From: an uncultured Chloroflexia bacterium
GTDB taxonomy: Bacteria > Chloroflexota > Chloroflexia > QHBQ01 > JADMIH01
Direction of reading: 5' to 3'
Assembly: GCA_963797095.1 (NCBI GenBank)
Contig: CAWCNY010000002.1
Location: 864,001 to 928,000 of the forward strand
Length of the DNA stretch: 64,000 nt
Every line of letters begins with the position of its first letter. Position 1 is the stretch's first letter. The notes under the pieces were generated by a model that worked only from the letters and a program-made list of their open reading frames with translations, made no database searches and was not told the DNA's origin. Below, one piece after another: positions 45,816-57,205 of the stretch. A program made the translations under genes and the position numbers.

Positions 45816-48800
45816 TTACGGTGAATAGGTCACGGCCAGATAGACGATCTTGCTGATCTGGGCGCGAGTTGCGTTGTCTCCCGGCAGGAAGTAAGGCTTA
45901 TTCCCCGGCGCTACACATGGGCCTGCGGGTGGTGTCCCGCATGGATACCCTTCCACCACGCCATGTGCAACAGCCGTCTCTATGAACTGGTAGAAGGTAC
46001 TTCCCTTAGCCACGTCCTGGAATGTGTTAGTTGCTGGATCAAGCAGAGTCCAGTTCGTGGGGTCTGCGATTATGGCCGCATTTACCACGATCTTCGATAG
46101 CTGGCCCCTCGTGATGTACGCGTCCGGCCTGTAGGTGTTGTCCGGGTAGCCTGAGAAGATACCAAGATTGAAGCCGGTCTCTACATAAGGGTAGAAAGTG
46201 CTTCCCACCCTCACATCGCTGAAGTGTGGCCCGCCGCTGGTGTTGATCGGGAAGTCGAACGCCAACACCACGATCTTCGCCATCTGCCCGCGAGTGGTGT
46301 TGTTGCCCGGCTTGAAGCAATTGACGCCAGGTGCGCTGCACGGAGGCGAGGTGCTATATCCATTCACCACCCCATGACAGTACAGGTAATGCACGTAATC
46401 GTAATACCAGTTGCCAGGAACCACATCCTCGAAGCTCATCGGACAGAGGGTGGCCGTAGCGGTGGGCATGTTGGTGGGCGTGCCTGTCCTGGTCGGCGTG
46501 TTAGTTGTCGTGTTTCCGGGCGGGTTGGTAGCGGTTCTTGAAGGTGTATTCGTAGCAGTGTTGGGAGGAGCGCCGGTTGGGGTCCTGGTTGTAGTACTGG
46601 ATGGCGTGTTGGTAGCAGTATTGATAGGCGTCAGAGTTGCAGTATTGGACGGTGTGCTGGTAGTTGTGTTCGACGGAGTGCCGGTCGTAGTAGTATTGGA
46701 TGGGGTATTGGTAGCGGTATTGACAGGCGTGCCGGTCGCGGTGCTCGTAACTGTGTTTGTGTTAGTTGAGGTCCTGGTTGGCGTACTGGTTGGTGGTGGG
46801 GTGCCCGTTGGAGTGTTGGTGGGAATGTTGGTTGGGGTGTTGGTCGGTGCATTTGTACTACTAGGGGTATTGGTGGGTAAGTTGGTTGGGGTCCTGGTTG
46901 GAGTACTAGTTGGCGGTGTAGTGCCTGTCGGAGTACTAGTTGGCGGTGTAGTGCCTGTCGGAGTACTGGTGGGTATGTCGGTTGAAGTGTTGGTTGGCAC
47001 AAGCGTACTGCTTGGGGTATTGGTTGTCGTATTTGTCCGCGTAGGAGTGTTGGTGGGCGGTAACGTGGCGGTAGGAGTATTCGTCGGAACAGGGGTGAAT
47101 GTGGCTGTAGGCGTACTGGTCGGCACATTCGTAGATGTTGCCGTAGGCGTATTTGTGTGGGTTGAAGTGGCCGTAGGCGTATTGCTCGCTGTACCGGTTG
47201 CGGATGGTGTATTGGACGCGGTACTGGTCGCCGTTGACGTGTTACTCGGCGTACTCGTTACAGTGGAAGTACTGGTCGAAGTGTTCGTTCGTGTGGGGGT
47301 GCTGCTGGTCGTGTTGGTCGCCGTTGACGTGTTAGTGGCCGTATTTGTTCCGGTTGGCGTATTAGTCGGTACGCTGGTTGGTGTACGAGTTGACGTACTG
47401 GTGGAGGTAGCTGTGCCGGTGCTGCAAGCTCCCGTGATTATGATGTCATCAATGCGCCACCCTGTGGCTGATACACTGCTGTCTGTGCCTTCCCTGAACC
47501 TTACCAGCAGGTTCTGCCCTGCATATGGGCTGAGGTCCACCACACTCTGTACATACCCACTGCTCGAGGCTACCCATGCCTGCCTGCTTGCCAGCGGGTT
47601 ATTGCAGCATGTGGATACCGTGCCTCCATACCCTCCTGAGATGATGTTAGCTCCCATATCAGCCCAGGTGCTCCCACCATTGGTAGAAGCCTCAAGCACT
47701 CCTCCATCGTAGTAATTGGAGCCGTTGAACTCGAAGGCGTAGTCATGCCAAAAGGTGAGTTGTGAGCCTGCCACGGGCACCACAGCAGAGACTAGGGTAA
47801 GTTGTTGGTCCGATATATTACTTACATCGGGGGCGAATGCTGAGAAGCTGCCTGAATGTGGACTGGCAGCCTGGGCAGCCCACCCACACCCACCAGGCAC
47901 ACAGGTGGGAACCACCGAGGTGAATGCCCCAAGCGTCCCCGACTCAAATCCTTCGCTGAACACCACACAAGCGGTAGGAGTAGGTGAAGGTGTGGCGGTA
48001 GAGGTAGGAGGCGTGCCCGTTGCTGTAGGAGTTGGCGTAGCTCCCGTGCAGCCCGGGAATTTGAAGTTCCCTATGCGTGTGCGCCAGTTGAATTGGCCTG
48101 TGGAGGCGTAATACTCGTTGGTGTACCAGAATGTGCAGTCGTCCACCGGATCTACGGTCAGGTCGCTATAGTCACCCCAACGATTGCCGGTGCCTGTTTG
48201 CGAACCTGTGCCCGCAAAGAGAGTGACTTCGCCTTGAGACAGGTTATTGATTGGGTCGGTGGAGAGACGCCCCGCGTAGCGCAACTGAGGGAATATGGAA
48301 GACGACGACGCGCTGAAGCCGACAGCCAGGTTGCCCTGCTGGTCCATCGCCGCACTGCCCAGCCATCTCCAGGTGGTATCCGGCTGGTAAGTGCTCTGCT
48401 GAACGAAACTGGGCGTGCCCGATGTGGCGTTGGTTACCTCCCACCAGCGCACGCCTGCTACCCCGCCTGAGCTAACGCTCTTGTTGCCGACCAGGGCTTC
48501 ATGTCCATCGGTGAAGCGCCTGTACGCCAGGCGGAACATCGGCCTGTCGCCTATCCCGTCCAATCCGCTGGCGGTGCCCGACTGCGGCACGCAGTTGCGG
48601 GTGGCCGAACACAGGGTAGTGTAGCCCGCCGGTGAGAGGTTGGTCGCCAGGGTAAATGTGCTGTTGGCCGGAGTTGCGAAGTCCACATGGTACCGGTAAA
48701 CGGGCCATGTGGACCCCGAAGCACCCATGAAAGGCGCGGGAGCGCCGGCAGGCGGTAGTATCGAGCCGTCGATGTCAGCCGGTAGCATGAAACCTATTGC

Positions 48801-49646
48801 CGTGGAAAGTGGGCTGGCTGTAGATAAGAAGGTGGCTGCCCCGCCCGTCAGCATAGCAGAGCGATCAAAAGCGAACGGCTGAGGCCCCAGGTAAGTGGTG
48901 CCAGCAGTGTTGAACACATTGTCGCCCATATAATAGGCATCGGGCCACACGCCGATATGTGGGTAGTCGAAGAAGTTGGAACCGAGGTGGAACCCGTACC
49001 GGTAATAAGTCCCTGTTGCGTCGCTTGTTGTCGAGATAGCGATGCACTCGTCGGTGGGAACCGAGCTACCGGCGAACTGGCTGACCAGCCAGCGATTCGC
49101 CAGTTGATCGTATAGCACAATAGGGTCCCCGTGCCCTGCCGTTTCGCACACCCCTCCGAAGCCGTTCCAGAGGCTGATAATCGAAAGAGGGCCAAGCACG
49201 GATGCGCCGGTAGTCTTATTGAACACCTGGAAGCCTTCATTCACCATCTGCACGTATTGGGTCGCACCCACTTCGCCATCGGTGTCGGGTGGCGCGCAAT
49301 TACAGATGACCCCTGGGAACGGTATGCCGTCGAAGTTGAGGATCGGTGTGGGCATTGCGAGCGGCCCCATCACCTTTTGCACAACGGTGTCGGGTTGGTC
49401 GGCGTACTGGACCATCGTGTACGGGTTCGGGTTCGCCTCCACCTCTTTACCGGGGTTGACCTGTATATTCGGCATGTCACGCAAGGGTGGCGTTTCGTCA
49501 TTGTGGTACGAGTGGCCCTCGATCAGGCCCGACGGTACCTTTACCCCGGCGCGGGCCGCATTAGCTGTAAGCAAGATCGCGGCAAGCAAAAACGGGAGCG
49601 CAAGAAGATACTTCCAGTTCCTGTGGCTCTCTTTCCTCGTGTTCAT
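45816..49646 (-). CDS. large SLH-anchored surface protein: PPDT..RWGDY N-terminal domain, shared beta-sandwich module, very long Thr/Pro/Asn stalk, three SLH repeats
   Basis: Signal peptide, [23 protein letters not shown] motifs, SLH repeats at C-terminus. Confidence 0.85.
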   Translation of the reverse strand: MNTRKESHRNWKYLLALPFLLAAILLTANAARAGVKVPSGLIEGHSYHNDETPPLRDMPNIQVNPGKEVEANPNPYTMVQYADQPDTVVQKVMGPLAMPTPILNFDGIPFPGVICNCAPPDTDGEVGATQYVQMVNEGFQVFNKTTGASVLGPLSIISLWNGFGGVCETAGHGDPIVLYDQLANRWLVSQFAGSSVPTDECIAISTTSDATGTYYRYGFHLGSNFFDYPHIGVWPDAYYMGDNVFNTAGTTYLGPQPFAFDRSAMLTGGAATFLSTASPLSTAIGFMLPADIDGSILPPAGAPAPFMGASGSTWPVYRYHVDFATPANSTFTLATNLSPAGYTTLCSATRNCVPQSGTASGLDGIGDRPMFRLAYRRFTDGHEALVGNKSVSSGGVAGVRWWEVTNATSGTPSFVQQSTYQPDTTWRWLGSAAMDQQGNLAVGFSASSSSIFPQLRYAGRLSTDPINNLSQGEVTLFAGTGSQTGTGNRWGDYSDLTVDPVDDCTFWYTNEYYASTGQFNWRTRIGNFKFPGCTGATPTPTATGTPPTSTATPSPTPTACVVFSEGFESGTLGAFTSVVPTCVPGGCGWAAQAASPHSGSFSAFAPDVSNISDQQLTLVSAVVPVAGSQLTFWHDYAFEFNGSNYYDGGVLEASTNGGSTWADMGANIISGGYGGTVSTCCNNPLASRQAWVASSSGYVQSVVDLSPYAGQNLLVRFREGTDSSVSATGWRIDDIIITGACSTGTATSTSTSTRTPTSVPTNTPTGTNTATNTSTATNTTSSTPTRTNTSTSTSTVTSTPSNTSTATSTASNTPSATGTASNTPTATSTHTNTPTATSTNVPTSTPTATFTPVPTNTPTATLPPTNTPTRTNTTTNTPSSTLVPTNTSTDIPTSTPTGTTPPTSTPTGTTPPTSTPTRTPTNLPTNTPSSTNAPTNTPTNIPTNTPTGTPPPTSTPTRTSTNTNTVTSTATGTPVNTATNTPSNTTTTGTPSNTTTSTPSNTATLTPINTATNTPSSTTTRTPTGAPPNTATNTPSRTATNPPGNTTTNTPTRTGTPTNMPTATATLCPMSFEDVVPGNWYYDYVHYLYCHGVVNGYSTSPPCSAPGVNCFKPGNNTTRGQMAKIVVLAFDFPINTSGGPHFSDVRVGSTFYPYVETGFNLGIFSGYPDNTYRPDAYITRGQLSKIVVNAAIIADPTNWTLLDPATNTFQDVAKGSTFYQFIETAVAHGVVEGYPCGTPPAGPCVAPGNKPYFLPGDNATRAQISKIVYLAVTYSP
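47413..47955. repeat. 543-bp direct repeat, identical to 41132-41674
   Basis: Same sequence as in the neighbouring gene. Confidence 0.9.
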
Positions 49647-49854
49647 CTTTACCCCTTCCTTTTCCTGTCAAAGCCCATAATGAAACCTGACCCGATCATA
49701 TGAGAATGCCGATCAGCAAGCGTAGTGAAACAAGTGAGTGAAACAAGTGATGGAATATAGCCTGATCGCGCGTATGATAGCATGGACTGGCACCATGCGG
49801 AAGAGAATGCACAGCAAAGTAAAAATGCAAAGTAATTTCTCTTTGCCGGCGATC

Positions 49855-49912
49855 ATACTATATGCTACCGGGGGCCACAATTGGATAGGTTTTGGCCGGT
49901 ACTTTCGGGTAA
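49855..49912 (-). promoter_or_regulatory. conserved promoter-like motif, copy 3
   Basis: Reverse complement CCCGAAAGTACCGGCCAAAACCTATCC-N20-TATAGT upstream of the SLH gene. Confidence 0.55.
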
Positions 49913-50053
49913 TCTCCGTGTGACTTTTCGACTACGCCTCAGCGCTCCCACAACCTCACCCCACCCATTGCCTGCTTGGTGACTGTGCAGCCTGACGCCC
50001 CGGCGGCTTTCTGGTATAATCATGGTTAGCCTTATAAAAAGGGAGTCATAGAA

Positions 50054-51559
50054 TTGAACGTTACACGTGAAGACTTGCCGGGCAGGCAAGTTGCCCTCAC
50101 AATCGAACTTGATGCCGATACCGTGAACTCGGCATTAGACCGAGCCTACAGGCAGTTGGTGAACCAGGTGAACGTGCCGGGATTCAGGCGCGGGCGCGCA
50201 CCCCGCTACATACTTGAAAGCTATGTTGGCAAAGATACATTAACCGAGCGTGCGGTTCGCAACATCCTGCCAGATAAGGTGCAGGATGCCATCAAAGACC
50301 AGGATATCACTGCGATGGACGTAAGCGATTACGAGATCGTCAGTATGGACCCTGTTCAGATCAAGGTGATCATAGTTCAGCCGCCGAAGGTTGAGCTTGG
50401 AGACTACAGCAACATACGCGTCGAAAAAGAATTGAAAGAGATCACCGATGCTGACGTTGAAGAGGTTATGCTTGAGTTGCGCCGCGAAGGTGCGCCCTGG
50501 AACGAGCCTGCCGAGCCTCGCCCCATCAAAGAAGGCGATATGGTCTACCTCAACCTGGAAGGGTTTACCACTCAAGGCCCATTAGAAGCCGCCACCCGCG
50601 AGAACTTTCCCACGATTGTGGGAGTCTCTCGTGCAGGCGTGCCTGAGGTGGTGAATCAGGCCCTGGTTGGTATGAACGTGGGCGATGAAAAGGATGTTAC
50701 CGACACTCTCCCCGATGATTATCCAATAGAGGAGCTTCGCGGCCTCGATGCAACCTACCATGTGACGGTGCTCTCAATGAAAGAGCAGGAACTGCCGGAG
50801 GTAGACGACGAATTCGCCAAGAAGGTCGGGTACGATACCATTTCGGAGTTGCGCGAAGCCGTGGAGGGCAATCTGAAAAACCGCGCCGAGGAAAACGCTT
50901 CGTCCAATCAACTGGACGCGATTATTGACCAACTGGTAGCGAGTTCCCAGGTGGAAGTGCCGGATGTCCTCGTCAATGAGGAACTTGACGGCATGCTCCA
51001 GAACCTCGAAGCACGCCTCAAGGAATCTCGTATAAACATTCGCCAGTACTTCACCTATAACGGCATTACCGAGGCCGAGTGGCGTGAAGCCAACCGGGAA
51101 CGCGCCAGGGAGCGCGTGATCAGAACGCAGGTCCTCTCCGAATTCGCCCGCCGCGAAGGTATCTCGGTGGACGAAGATGATGTGGATGGAGAGATCAATA
51201 CGATCCTGGAGCGGTTTGAGGGCGAAGAGCGCGATGCTGCCCAGAAGGTGCTAGGCGAGCACGAAGCCCGCCACGACCTCGAGGACAGGCTCTTCCAGCA
51301 AAAGATCGTTGAGCGCCTTGTGGGGATTGCCGAAGGTAAAATCGAGGCGGCCAAGCCTGACGAAACTGAAGCGGCAGAAGATGAGACCGGGGAAAGCTCT
51401 GGCGAAGCAGGCACAGCAGATGGCCTGGCTGAAGCGGGCGGCGCTGCCGAGGTGCTCGGTACAGGGGACGTAGACCTACAGTCCGAGAACGAAACAGGCG
51501 ACGCCCCAGGCGGTGGCACGCCCACCACAGCGCCCGGCCTGGACGAGACCGAAAGTTAG
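50054..51559 (+). CDS. tig: trigger factor
   Basis: VPGFRRGRAP ribosome-binding motif, LPEVDDEFAK, acidic tail; TTG start after GGGAG. Confidence 0.93.
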   Translation: MNVTREDLPGRQVALTIELDADTVNSALDRAYRQLVNQVNVPGFRRGRAPRYILESYVGKDTLTERAVRNILPDKVQDAIKDQDITAMDVSDYEIVSMDPVQIKVIIVQPPKVELGDYSNIRVEKELKEITDADVEEVMLELRREGAPWNEPAEPRPIKEGDMVYLNLEGFTTQGPLEAATRENFPTIVGVSRAGVPEVVNQALVGMNVGDEKDVTDTLPDDYPIEELRGLDATYHVTVLSMKEQELPEVDDEFAKKVGYDTISELREAVEGNLKNRAEENASSNQLDAIIDQLVASSQVEVPDVLVNEELDGMLQNLEARLKESRINIRQYFTYNGITEAEWREANRERARERVIRTQVLSEFARREGISVDEDDVDGEINTILERFEGEERDAAQKVLGEHEARHDLEDRLFQQKIVERLVGIAEGKIEAAKPDETEAAEDETGESSGEAGTADGLAEAGGAAEVLGTGDVDLQSENETGDAPGGGTPTTAPGLDETES

Positions 51560-51590
51560 CCCTGCCTGCTATCTCAATTGCATACAAAAC

Positions 51591-51643
51591 AGACGTTGCC
51601 TGGCGCTTTATTCTGAGATAACATAGAGCGTCAGGCAACATCT
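51591..51643. terminator. hairpin downstream of tig, abutting the IS insertion site
   Basis: GTTGCCTGGCGCTTTA...TAGAGCGTCAGGCAAC. Confidence 0.55.
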
Positions 51644-51645
51644 AT

Positions 51646-53312
51646 CTCTATCTTTGCACATTTCAAAGTGAAAGATTGAAGGCATAGGGCCTATCGGGTA
51701 TAAGAGGGTTGCGAACACCAATCCTTACCCGAGGAGGACCACTATGCCTACCCCCATTATATGCGCCGATGGGAGCGTGCGCTACTTCGCCCAGACCTTC
51801 CGTCACTGCTTCAGCAAGCCTCAATTCCAGTACTTTGTTACCGTACTGCTGGCCTTGCTGTTGTGCATGGAAGCTCGTACCCTGTGTGGACTGCACCGTG
51901 CTGTGTGCGGAGGCGGAGTACGCACCCGCGCTCGCGCTTACTGTGGCCTGAGCCGCTTCTTGAGCCGCGCTCCTTGGGAAGGGCAGGCTGTTGTGGCTGC
52001 CTGGTGTGCCCGTTTCCGAGCACAACTTGCCCCCCAGGTAGCCCAAGAGCGTGCCACCTTGCGTAGTCACCACCGACGCTACACCGGTCGGGGTCGTAAG
52101 GGTCGCCTTCCTGCTCGTGTAACCTCTGTGACCGGTTCTTGATTGGAGACGACTCCACCATGCACAAGCCCAAAGGCCGCAAGATGGCTGGGATAGGCCG
52201 CCACTTCTCCTCGACGGTGGGGCACCCGGTGCAAGGGCACAACATGTTGACCACCCTGTATGTGTTGCCTACGTTGGATAGGTGCTGTCCCCAGGCTCCT
52301 TGTCTGTATCGGCAGCGAGAGGTCTGTGAGCGAGAGGGTGTGCCCTTCAAGAGCAAGGTTGACCTGCTGGTGGAGCAGATTGAGAGTTTCGAGCCGGTGG
52401 AAGGGACCGACACCCATGTGCTGGTGGACAGTTGGTTTGGGTGCAAGGCGGTATGGAAGGCGGCTCGGCAGCGAGCCTTCCATATTACCAGTGGGCTGAA
52501 AGCCAATCGCTCCATCCGAGTAGAGCAGCTTGTCGGCGGTACGAGTGCCGCCAGTGCCGCCAGTGCCGCCAGTGCCGCCAGTGCCGCCAGTGCCGCCAGT
52601 GCCGCCAGTGCCGCCAGTGCCGCCAGTGCCGCCAGTGCCGCCAGTGCCGCCAGTGCCGCCAGTGCCGCCAGTGCCGCCAGTGCTGCAGACTGGTGTTGGC
52701 AGCCTCTGCCGGAATATGTGGCGGGCTTGAGCGAGGCCGATTACGTGCTGGTACGCTGGCCCAGAAGCGAACTCGGTTGCGGTCGCGATGCCGATGCCAA
52801 AGGGGAGGTGAGCACTGTGTACGCGCATGCGATTACCACAATGGTGCGTAAGCTGTACAAGTGCCAGGTGCTGGTAGTGAGGCACAGCCTGGGTGCTCCT
52901 GTGTCCGAGACCAGATACTGGGCATCGAGTGACTTGGGGGCAAGTGTGGAGCAGTTGCTGCAATATGTAGCGGCACGCTGGGACATCGAGGTGCTGTTTG
53001 CCGACTGCAAGGAGTTGATGGGGCTTGACCACTACCAAGTGATGAGCGCCCCGGCTATCGAGCGGTTCTGGACGTTGGTGTTGGCGGCGTACCTGCTCTT
53101 GGACGAGGAGCGTGCCCGTTTGCAGGCCACCACGACCGAGACTGAACATGTTCGTGTGACCATCGGGGATGCGCGCCGAGAAATGCAGCGAGTGCATCGG
53201 CGGCACTTGCTGGATTGGCTGCATAAGCAGTTTGTGGCGGGTGTTGCTCAGGAGCATCTGTATGACCTATTCGCCGCTTGACGGGCCAGTTCTAAAATCT
53301 GCAAAGATAGAG
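51646..53312 (+). mobile_element. IS701-like insertion sequence with frameshifted DDE transposase (51744-53281)
   Basis: TIR CTCTATCTTTGCA at both ends, ATCTAT duplicated on both flanks (51640-51645, 53313-53318); IGDDS, VLVDSWF, RWDIE motifs; frameshift near 52137. Confidence 0.88.
52544..52687 (+). repeat. 9-bp tandem repeat (AGTGCCGCC)15 + AGTGCTGCA, encoding (SAA)16 in the transposase
   Basis: Read directly. Confidence 0.95.
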
Positions 53313-53337
53313 ATCTATTTACAATGGGAGAAGAAGG

Positions 53338-54612
53338 ATGATAAACGAAGCCTCAATCAAAGCGGTAGCCGGCGCGCAATGGAACGAGCATTTCATCCGG
53401 CCCCTTTACGACTCGTATTGCTTCTCACAGATCCCGCGCCTCCTGCAATCGCTCTTTACCGGCGAAGATACCGAAATCCAGCAAAGGCTGCTTGGCCCAT
53501 TAGCCGGGCGATATGATAAGGTCATCCTTTTCTTCGTAGACGCGTTCGGCTGGCGCTTCTTCGAGCGCTATGCCGATGGCTATCCGGTGTTGCGTCGCAT
53601 CCTGGACGAGGGTTATGCTACCAAGCTCACTTCGCAGTTCCCCTCCACCACAGCGGCCCACGTAACCGCCATCCACACAGGCTTGCCCGTTGACCAGAGC
53701 GGCGTTTTCGAGTGGTTCTACTACGAGCCGAACATCGACGCCATGATCGCGCCTCTCCTCTTTTCGTTTGCGGGTGACAGGCAGCCTGGCACACTCCTAC
53801 AGGCGGGGGTCAAGCCGACCGATGTCTTCCCTTACCCTATTGAAACTGTCTACACAAAGCTCGCCGAGGCAGGTGTACGCTCGGCGGTATACCAGTCTGC
53901 GGCTTACACGCCATCGCCGCATGGGGCTATCGCGTTCCAGGGCGCTGAGGTTGTCCCCTTCGCCAAATTTGATGTGGCCCTCACCATACTTGCCGACCGG
54001 GTGCATAGCGAAGCCGGTCCTCGCTACTATTTCCTCTACTTCGATGGCATAGACTCAATCGGGCACGAAAGTGGCCCCAACTCCAGCGAATTCGATGCTT
54101 CTGTTGGCTATGCAATGAAGCAGATCGAGAAGTTCCTGTCAGATGCGCTCCGAGGCAGTCGTGGTCGCACCCTTTTTCTAATGACCGCCGACCACGGCCA
54201 GACCGAGACCAACCCCAAAACCACCTTCTATGTAAATCGCGAGATTCCAGGCTTCGACCGTTTCGTCAAGACCAACCGCAAAGGCCAGCTCATGGTGCCC
54301 GGTGGGTCGGCCCGCGACCTCTTCCTCTATATAACGGAAGAGCACGAAGAGGAAGCCTATTCTATCCTTCGAGACCGCCTCAATGGTCGTGCCGAAGTCT
54401 ACCATGTACGCGACCTTATTGCCGATCACATCTTCGGTTCGGGCGAGCCGTCCCAACGCCTTCTGGATCGTCTCAGCAATCTCGTTGCCCTCCCATACGC
54501 TGGCGAATCTATTTTCTGGTACGAGCAAGGCCGCTTCGAGCAACCCTTCTACGGCCATCACGGGGGCCTGACCCGCCACGAAATGGAAACGATCCTGCTG
54601 GCGCAAGCGTGA
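53338..54612 (+). CDS. alkaline phosphatase superfamily / nucleotide pyrophosphatase
   Basis: FFVDAFG, FPSTTA, DSIGH, TADHG, GHHGG. Confidence 0.85.
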   Translation: MINEASIKAVAGAQWNEHFIRPLYDSYCFSQIPRLLQSLFTGEDTEIQQRLLGPLAGRYDKVILFFVDAFGWRFFERYADGYPVLRRILDEGYATKLTSQFPSTTAAHVTAIHTGLPVDQSGVFEWFYYEPNIDAMIAPLLFSFAGDRQPGTLLQAGVKPTDVFPYPIETVYTKLAEAGVRSAVYQSAAYTPSPHGAIAFQGAEVVPFAKFDVALTILADRVHSEAGPRYYFLYFDGIDSIGHESGPNSSEFDASVGYAMKQIEKFLSDALRGSRGRTLFLMTADHGQTETNPKTTFYVNREIPGFDRFVKTNRKGQLMVPGGSARDLFLYITEEHEEEAYSILRDRLNGRAEVYHVRDLIADHIFGSGEPSQRLLDRLSNLVALPYAGESIFWYEQGRFEQPFYGHHGGLTRHEMETILLAQA

Positions 54613-54707
54613 TACGTGATACGCAATACGTGAAGACGAGAACAGGAATACGAGGTAAGTAGTAAGCAATAGTCACATATCACGTTTCATGTATCACTCG
54701 TCACGGC
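54608..54707. repeat. paired inverted heptamer arrays CGTGATA-type / TCACRTA-type between convergent genes
   Basis: Both flanking stop codons lie inside repeat units. Confidence 0.7.
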
Positions 54708-56008
54708 GACACTCGACCTGAGTCTCGCGGAAAGATGGTCACCTCCCTGACGTTGGATGTGCCGGTCAATCGCGCTACCCACCTTTCCAGGCCAATAGCG
54801 AACCCTCCATGCGGCGGCATCCCGTACTTGAACGCTTCCAGGTAGCTCTCGAACGGCTCAGTTTGCAACCCTCGCTCCTCCAGCGCGTTCAAATAGTCCT
54901 TATAGCGATGCAGGCGCTGGCCTCCCGTTACAAGCTCAAGCCCTCGAAACAGCAGGTCGAAGCCATTCGAGTAGCCCGGCCTCTCCGGGTCGGGGTGTGT
55001 GTAGAATGGCCGCTTCGCCATAGGATACCCGACCACATACAGGAACTCGGACCCGTATTCACGCATAGCCCATTCTCCCAGCCACGCCTCCTCCGACGGG
55101 CTTAGGTCGGGTTCCGCGCTCACATCCTCGCTCGTCGCCTCTACATACAGCTTCTTGGCCTCGGTGAAATGTATGCCCGGTATCGTCTCCGGGACCTCGG
55201 GCAACTTCGCACCGGCCAGCGCAACCGCCTCCGGCTCTAATGCCACTGCTGCCACCATCTCCCGTAATACTTCGGTCAGCATCGCCATCACATCCTTGTG
55301 ATCCTCGATGAACCCCATTTCCATGTCCAGCGATACAAATTCGTTCAGATGGCGCGGCGTGCTGTGCGGCTCGGCGCGAAACACCGGGCCAACCTCATAC
55401 ACCCGCTCGAACACCCCAACCATCGTCTGCTTATAGAATTGTGGGCTTTGTGCCAGGTAAGCAGGCTCTCCGAAATAATCGATCTTGAACACATTCGCCC
55501 CGCTCTCAGTGGCGCTCGCCACGATCTTGGGGGTCTGGATCTCCGTAAATCCTCTGCTATTGAGTGCTGCCCGGAAGCCTGCCATCGACGCTGTTGCCAT
55601 GCGCCACATAGCACGCGCCCTGGGGTGCCTGAGCGATAGCGCGGCATGGTCCAGGATCGTGGGCAGGAGCGCCTTGATCTGCGGGCGAAACATGTCGAAC
55701 ATCGGCGTTTCTACGGCGGGCGAAATCACCTCGATCTGAGGCTCGTGTATCTCGTATCCTCTCAGCGCTTGCGCTTCTGCCACAACCACTCCCTCCACGG
55801 CGATCACCGACTCATGGGGCACACGCAGATTCTCCCCGGCCATCGAATGCTCACCGGAAACGATCTGCGCCAATCCCTCCTTGTCCCGAAGGATGATAAA
55901 GCTCACCTCGCTCAAGCGCCGGTAGTGGTGTAGCCACCCCATCAGGCGCACCCGCTGGCCTTCGTGTTCGGCCAGTTGCGTGGTCCATATTCTTCTTCTC
56001 TCTTGCAC
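54701..56008 (-). CDS. aspS: aspartyl-tRNA synthetase, short archaeal-type (likely non-discriminating)
   Basis: 435 aa, no GAD insert; YLAQSPQFYKQ, FRAEPH, ELVTGGQR, GMPPHGG. Confidence 0.92.
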   Translation of the reverse strand: MQERRRIWTTQLAEHEGQRVRLMGWLHHYRRLSEVSFIILRDKEGLAQIVSGEHSMAGENLRVPHESVIAVEGVVVAEAQALRGYEIHEPQIEVISPAVETPMFDMFRPQIKALLPTILDHAALSLRHPRARAMWRMATASMAGFRAALNSRGFTEIQTPKIVASATESGANVFKIDYFGEPAYLAQSPQFYKQTMVGVFERVYEVGPVFRAEPHSTPRHLNEFVSLDMEMGFIEDHKDVMAMLTEVLREMVAAVALEPEAVALAGAKLPEVPETIPGIHFTEAKKLYVEATSEDVSAEPDLSPSEEAWLGEWAMREYGSEFLYVVGYPMAKRPFYTHPDPERPGYSNGFDLLFRGLELVTGGQRLHRYKDYLNALEERGLQTEPFESYLEAFKYGMPPHGGFAIGLERWVARLTGTSNVREVTIFPRDSGRVSP

Positions 56009-56029
56009 AGTAGTACCTCCATAGCAGAA

Positions 56030-56285
56030 TCAAGAAGCCCCCTTCGCCATGCGGACGAAGGAGGCTTCCGTGGTACCACCGCACTTCGCGATTGCGTTCC
56101 CATCCCTTGGGAACTCTAGCAATCGCCTCATGCCCGCTAACGGGGGCGAACCGTCAAGGCTTACTCGATTTCTCTTTCTTCCTCGCGCTCAGGAGTGTCT
56201 CCGCAGGTACCGGATGCCGCCCTCCCACCCTCGACGGCTCTCTGTGCTCCGATTACGCCTGCTACTCTTCTCCGTCGTAGCTTTT
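56030..56285 (-). ncRNA. T-box riboswitch (Asp, GAC specifier)
   Basis: Reverse strand has AGTA, AGAGA and GGTGGGA stem I motifs, GGAGACA specifier (GAC 56199-56197), T-box AAGTGCGGTGGTACCACGG, and terminator hairpin before aspS. Confidence 0.88.
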
Positions 56286-56387
56286 CCTGTATGATCCTAC
56301 CTTACCAGATTGGCGTGTAGCCTGCAATCGGTCTGCGGTCTGACCTGTATAATCACAATGAAGTATCTTGCGATCCGGAGCGCCGTC

Positions 56388-57005
56388 ATGCCAACCCACG
56401 ATTGGAGATCGTTTCTTTCCCAGTTCAGCAAAGAGTTACTGGCCGACCCTCAGTTTCGTGCGGCTTCCCCCATCGAAGCCATAGCGTCAGGCTGGCTTGG
56501 CTTTCCCGGAGCCTCTGAGGCGCAGCTAGCAGATGCGGAGGCACGGCTCGGCACCAGGTTACCCCCTTCCTACCGGCAATTCCTTGGCACTACCAACGGC
56601 TGGCTAACTCTTGGTCATTTCATCAACAATATCTGGCCCATCGAAAAAGTAGATTGGTTCAGGGTGCGCAACCAGTGGGCCATCGATGCCTGGCAACTGG
56701 GCGAGAACTACTACAGTTCTGCCCCAACCACACGTCCTAGCGTGCCCGATGAAAAGTATTTCATCTACGGCGCAGATCAAGACCCCGCCTACCTGCGTTC
56801 CGAGTATTTGCACACTGCTCTGGAGATCAGCGATTGGGGTGATTCCGCCATCCTCCTGCTAAATCCACAGGTAGTTTTCGATGACGGAGAGTGGGAGGCG
56901 TGGTTCCATGCTAATTGGCTCCCTGGTGCCAGGCGATATCGTTCCTTCCTGGCTCTAATGCAGGATGAGTATCAAGCTTATCTCTATGTGAGAGATCACG
57001 GCTGA
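56388..57005 (+). CDS. SMI1/KNR4 family protein
   Basis: GASEAQLADAEARLGTRLPPSYRQFL..TNGW, GEWEAW..ANW.PG. Confidence 0.85.
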   Translation: MPTHDWRSFLSQFSKELLADPQFRAASPIEAIASGWLGFPGASEAQLADAEARLGTRLPPSYRQFLGTTNGWLTLGHFINNIWPIEKVDWFRVRNQWAIDAWQLGENYYSSAPTTRPSVPDEKYFIYGADQDPAYLRSEYLHTALEISDWGDSAILLLNPQVVFDDGEWEAWFHANWLPGARRYRSFLALMQDEYQAYLYVRDHG

Positions 57006-57050
57006 TGCAAAGTCAGATAAAGCGGTGTTTCCCACCGCCCATCCAGGCCT

Positions 57051-57205
57051 TGTCATTCTGAACGAAGTGAAGAATGACATTACCAAACCTGGTGTGTCCG
57101 ATCCGACTTTGCATCAGCCGTTCATGAGCCTGTGGCACACCCCCAAGGATGAAAATTGGCCAAGCGCCTGGTACAGTTGTTGGTTACAGCGCCTATTTTC
57201 TTGGC
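57051..57205. repeat. REP/MITE-like remnants
   Basis: TGTCATTCT-GAACGAAGTGA-AGAATGACA palindrome; TTCATGAG..GGATGAAAAT..ATTTTC inverted pieces. Confidence 0.45.

Noticed and set aside
46411-47712. Long Val/Gly-rich plus-strand ORFs (also 40691-41431 and 12467-12928)
   Set aside because: They are antisense shadows of Thr/Pro-rich linkers.
52140-52142. TGA in split transposases as selenocysteine or readthrough
   Set aside because: The continuation is in a different frame, so these are frameshifts.
52432-52851. (RQC)n, (PPV)n and (GGT)n ORFs as metal-binding or RiPP precursors
   Set aside because: They are alternative frames of the 9-bp repeat inside the IS701 transposase.
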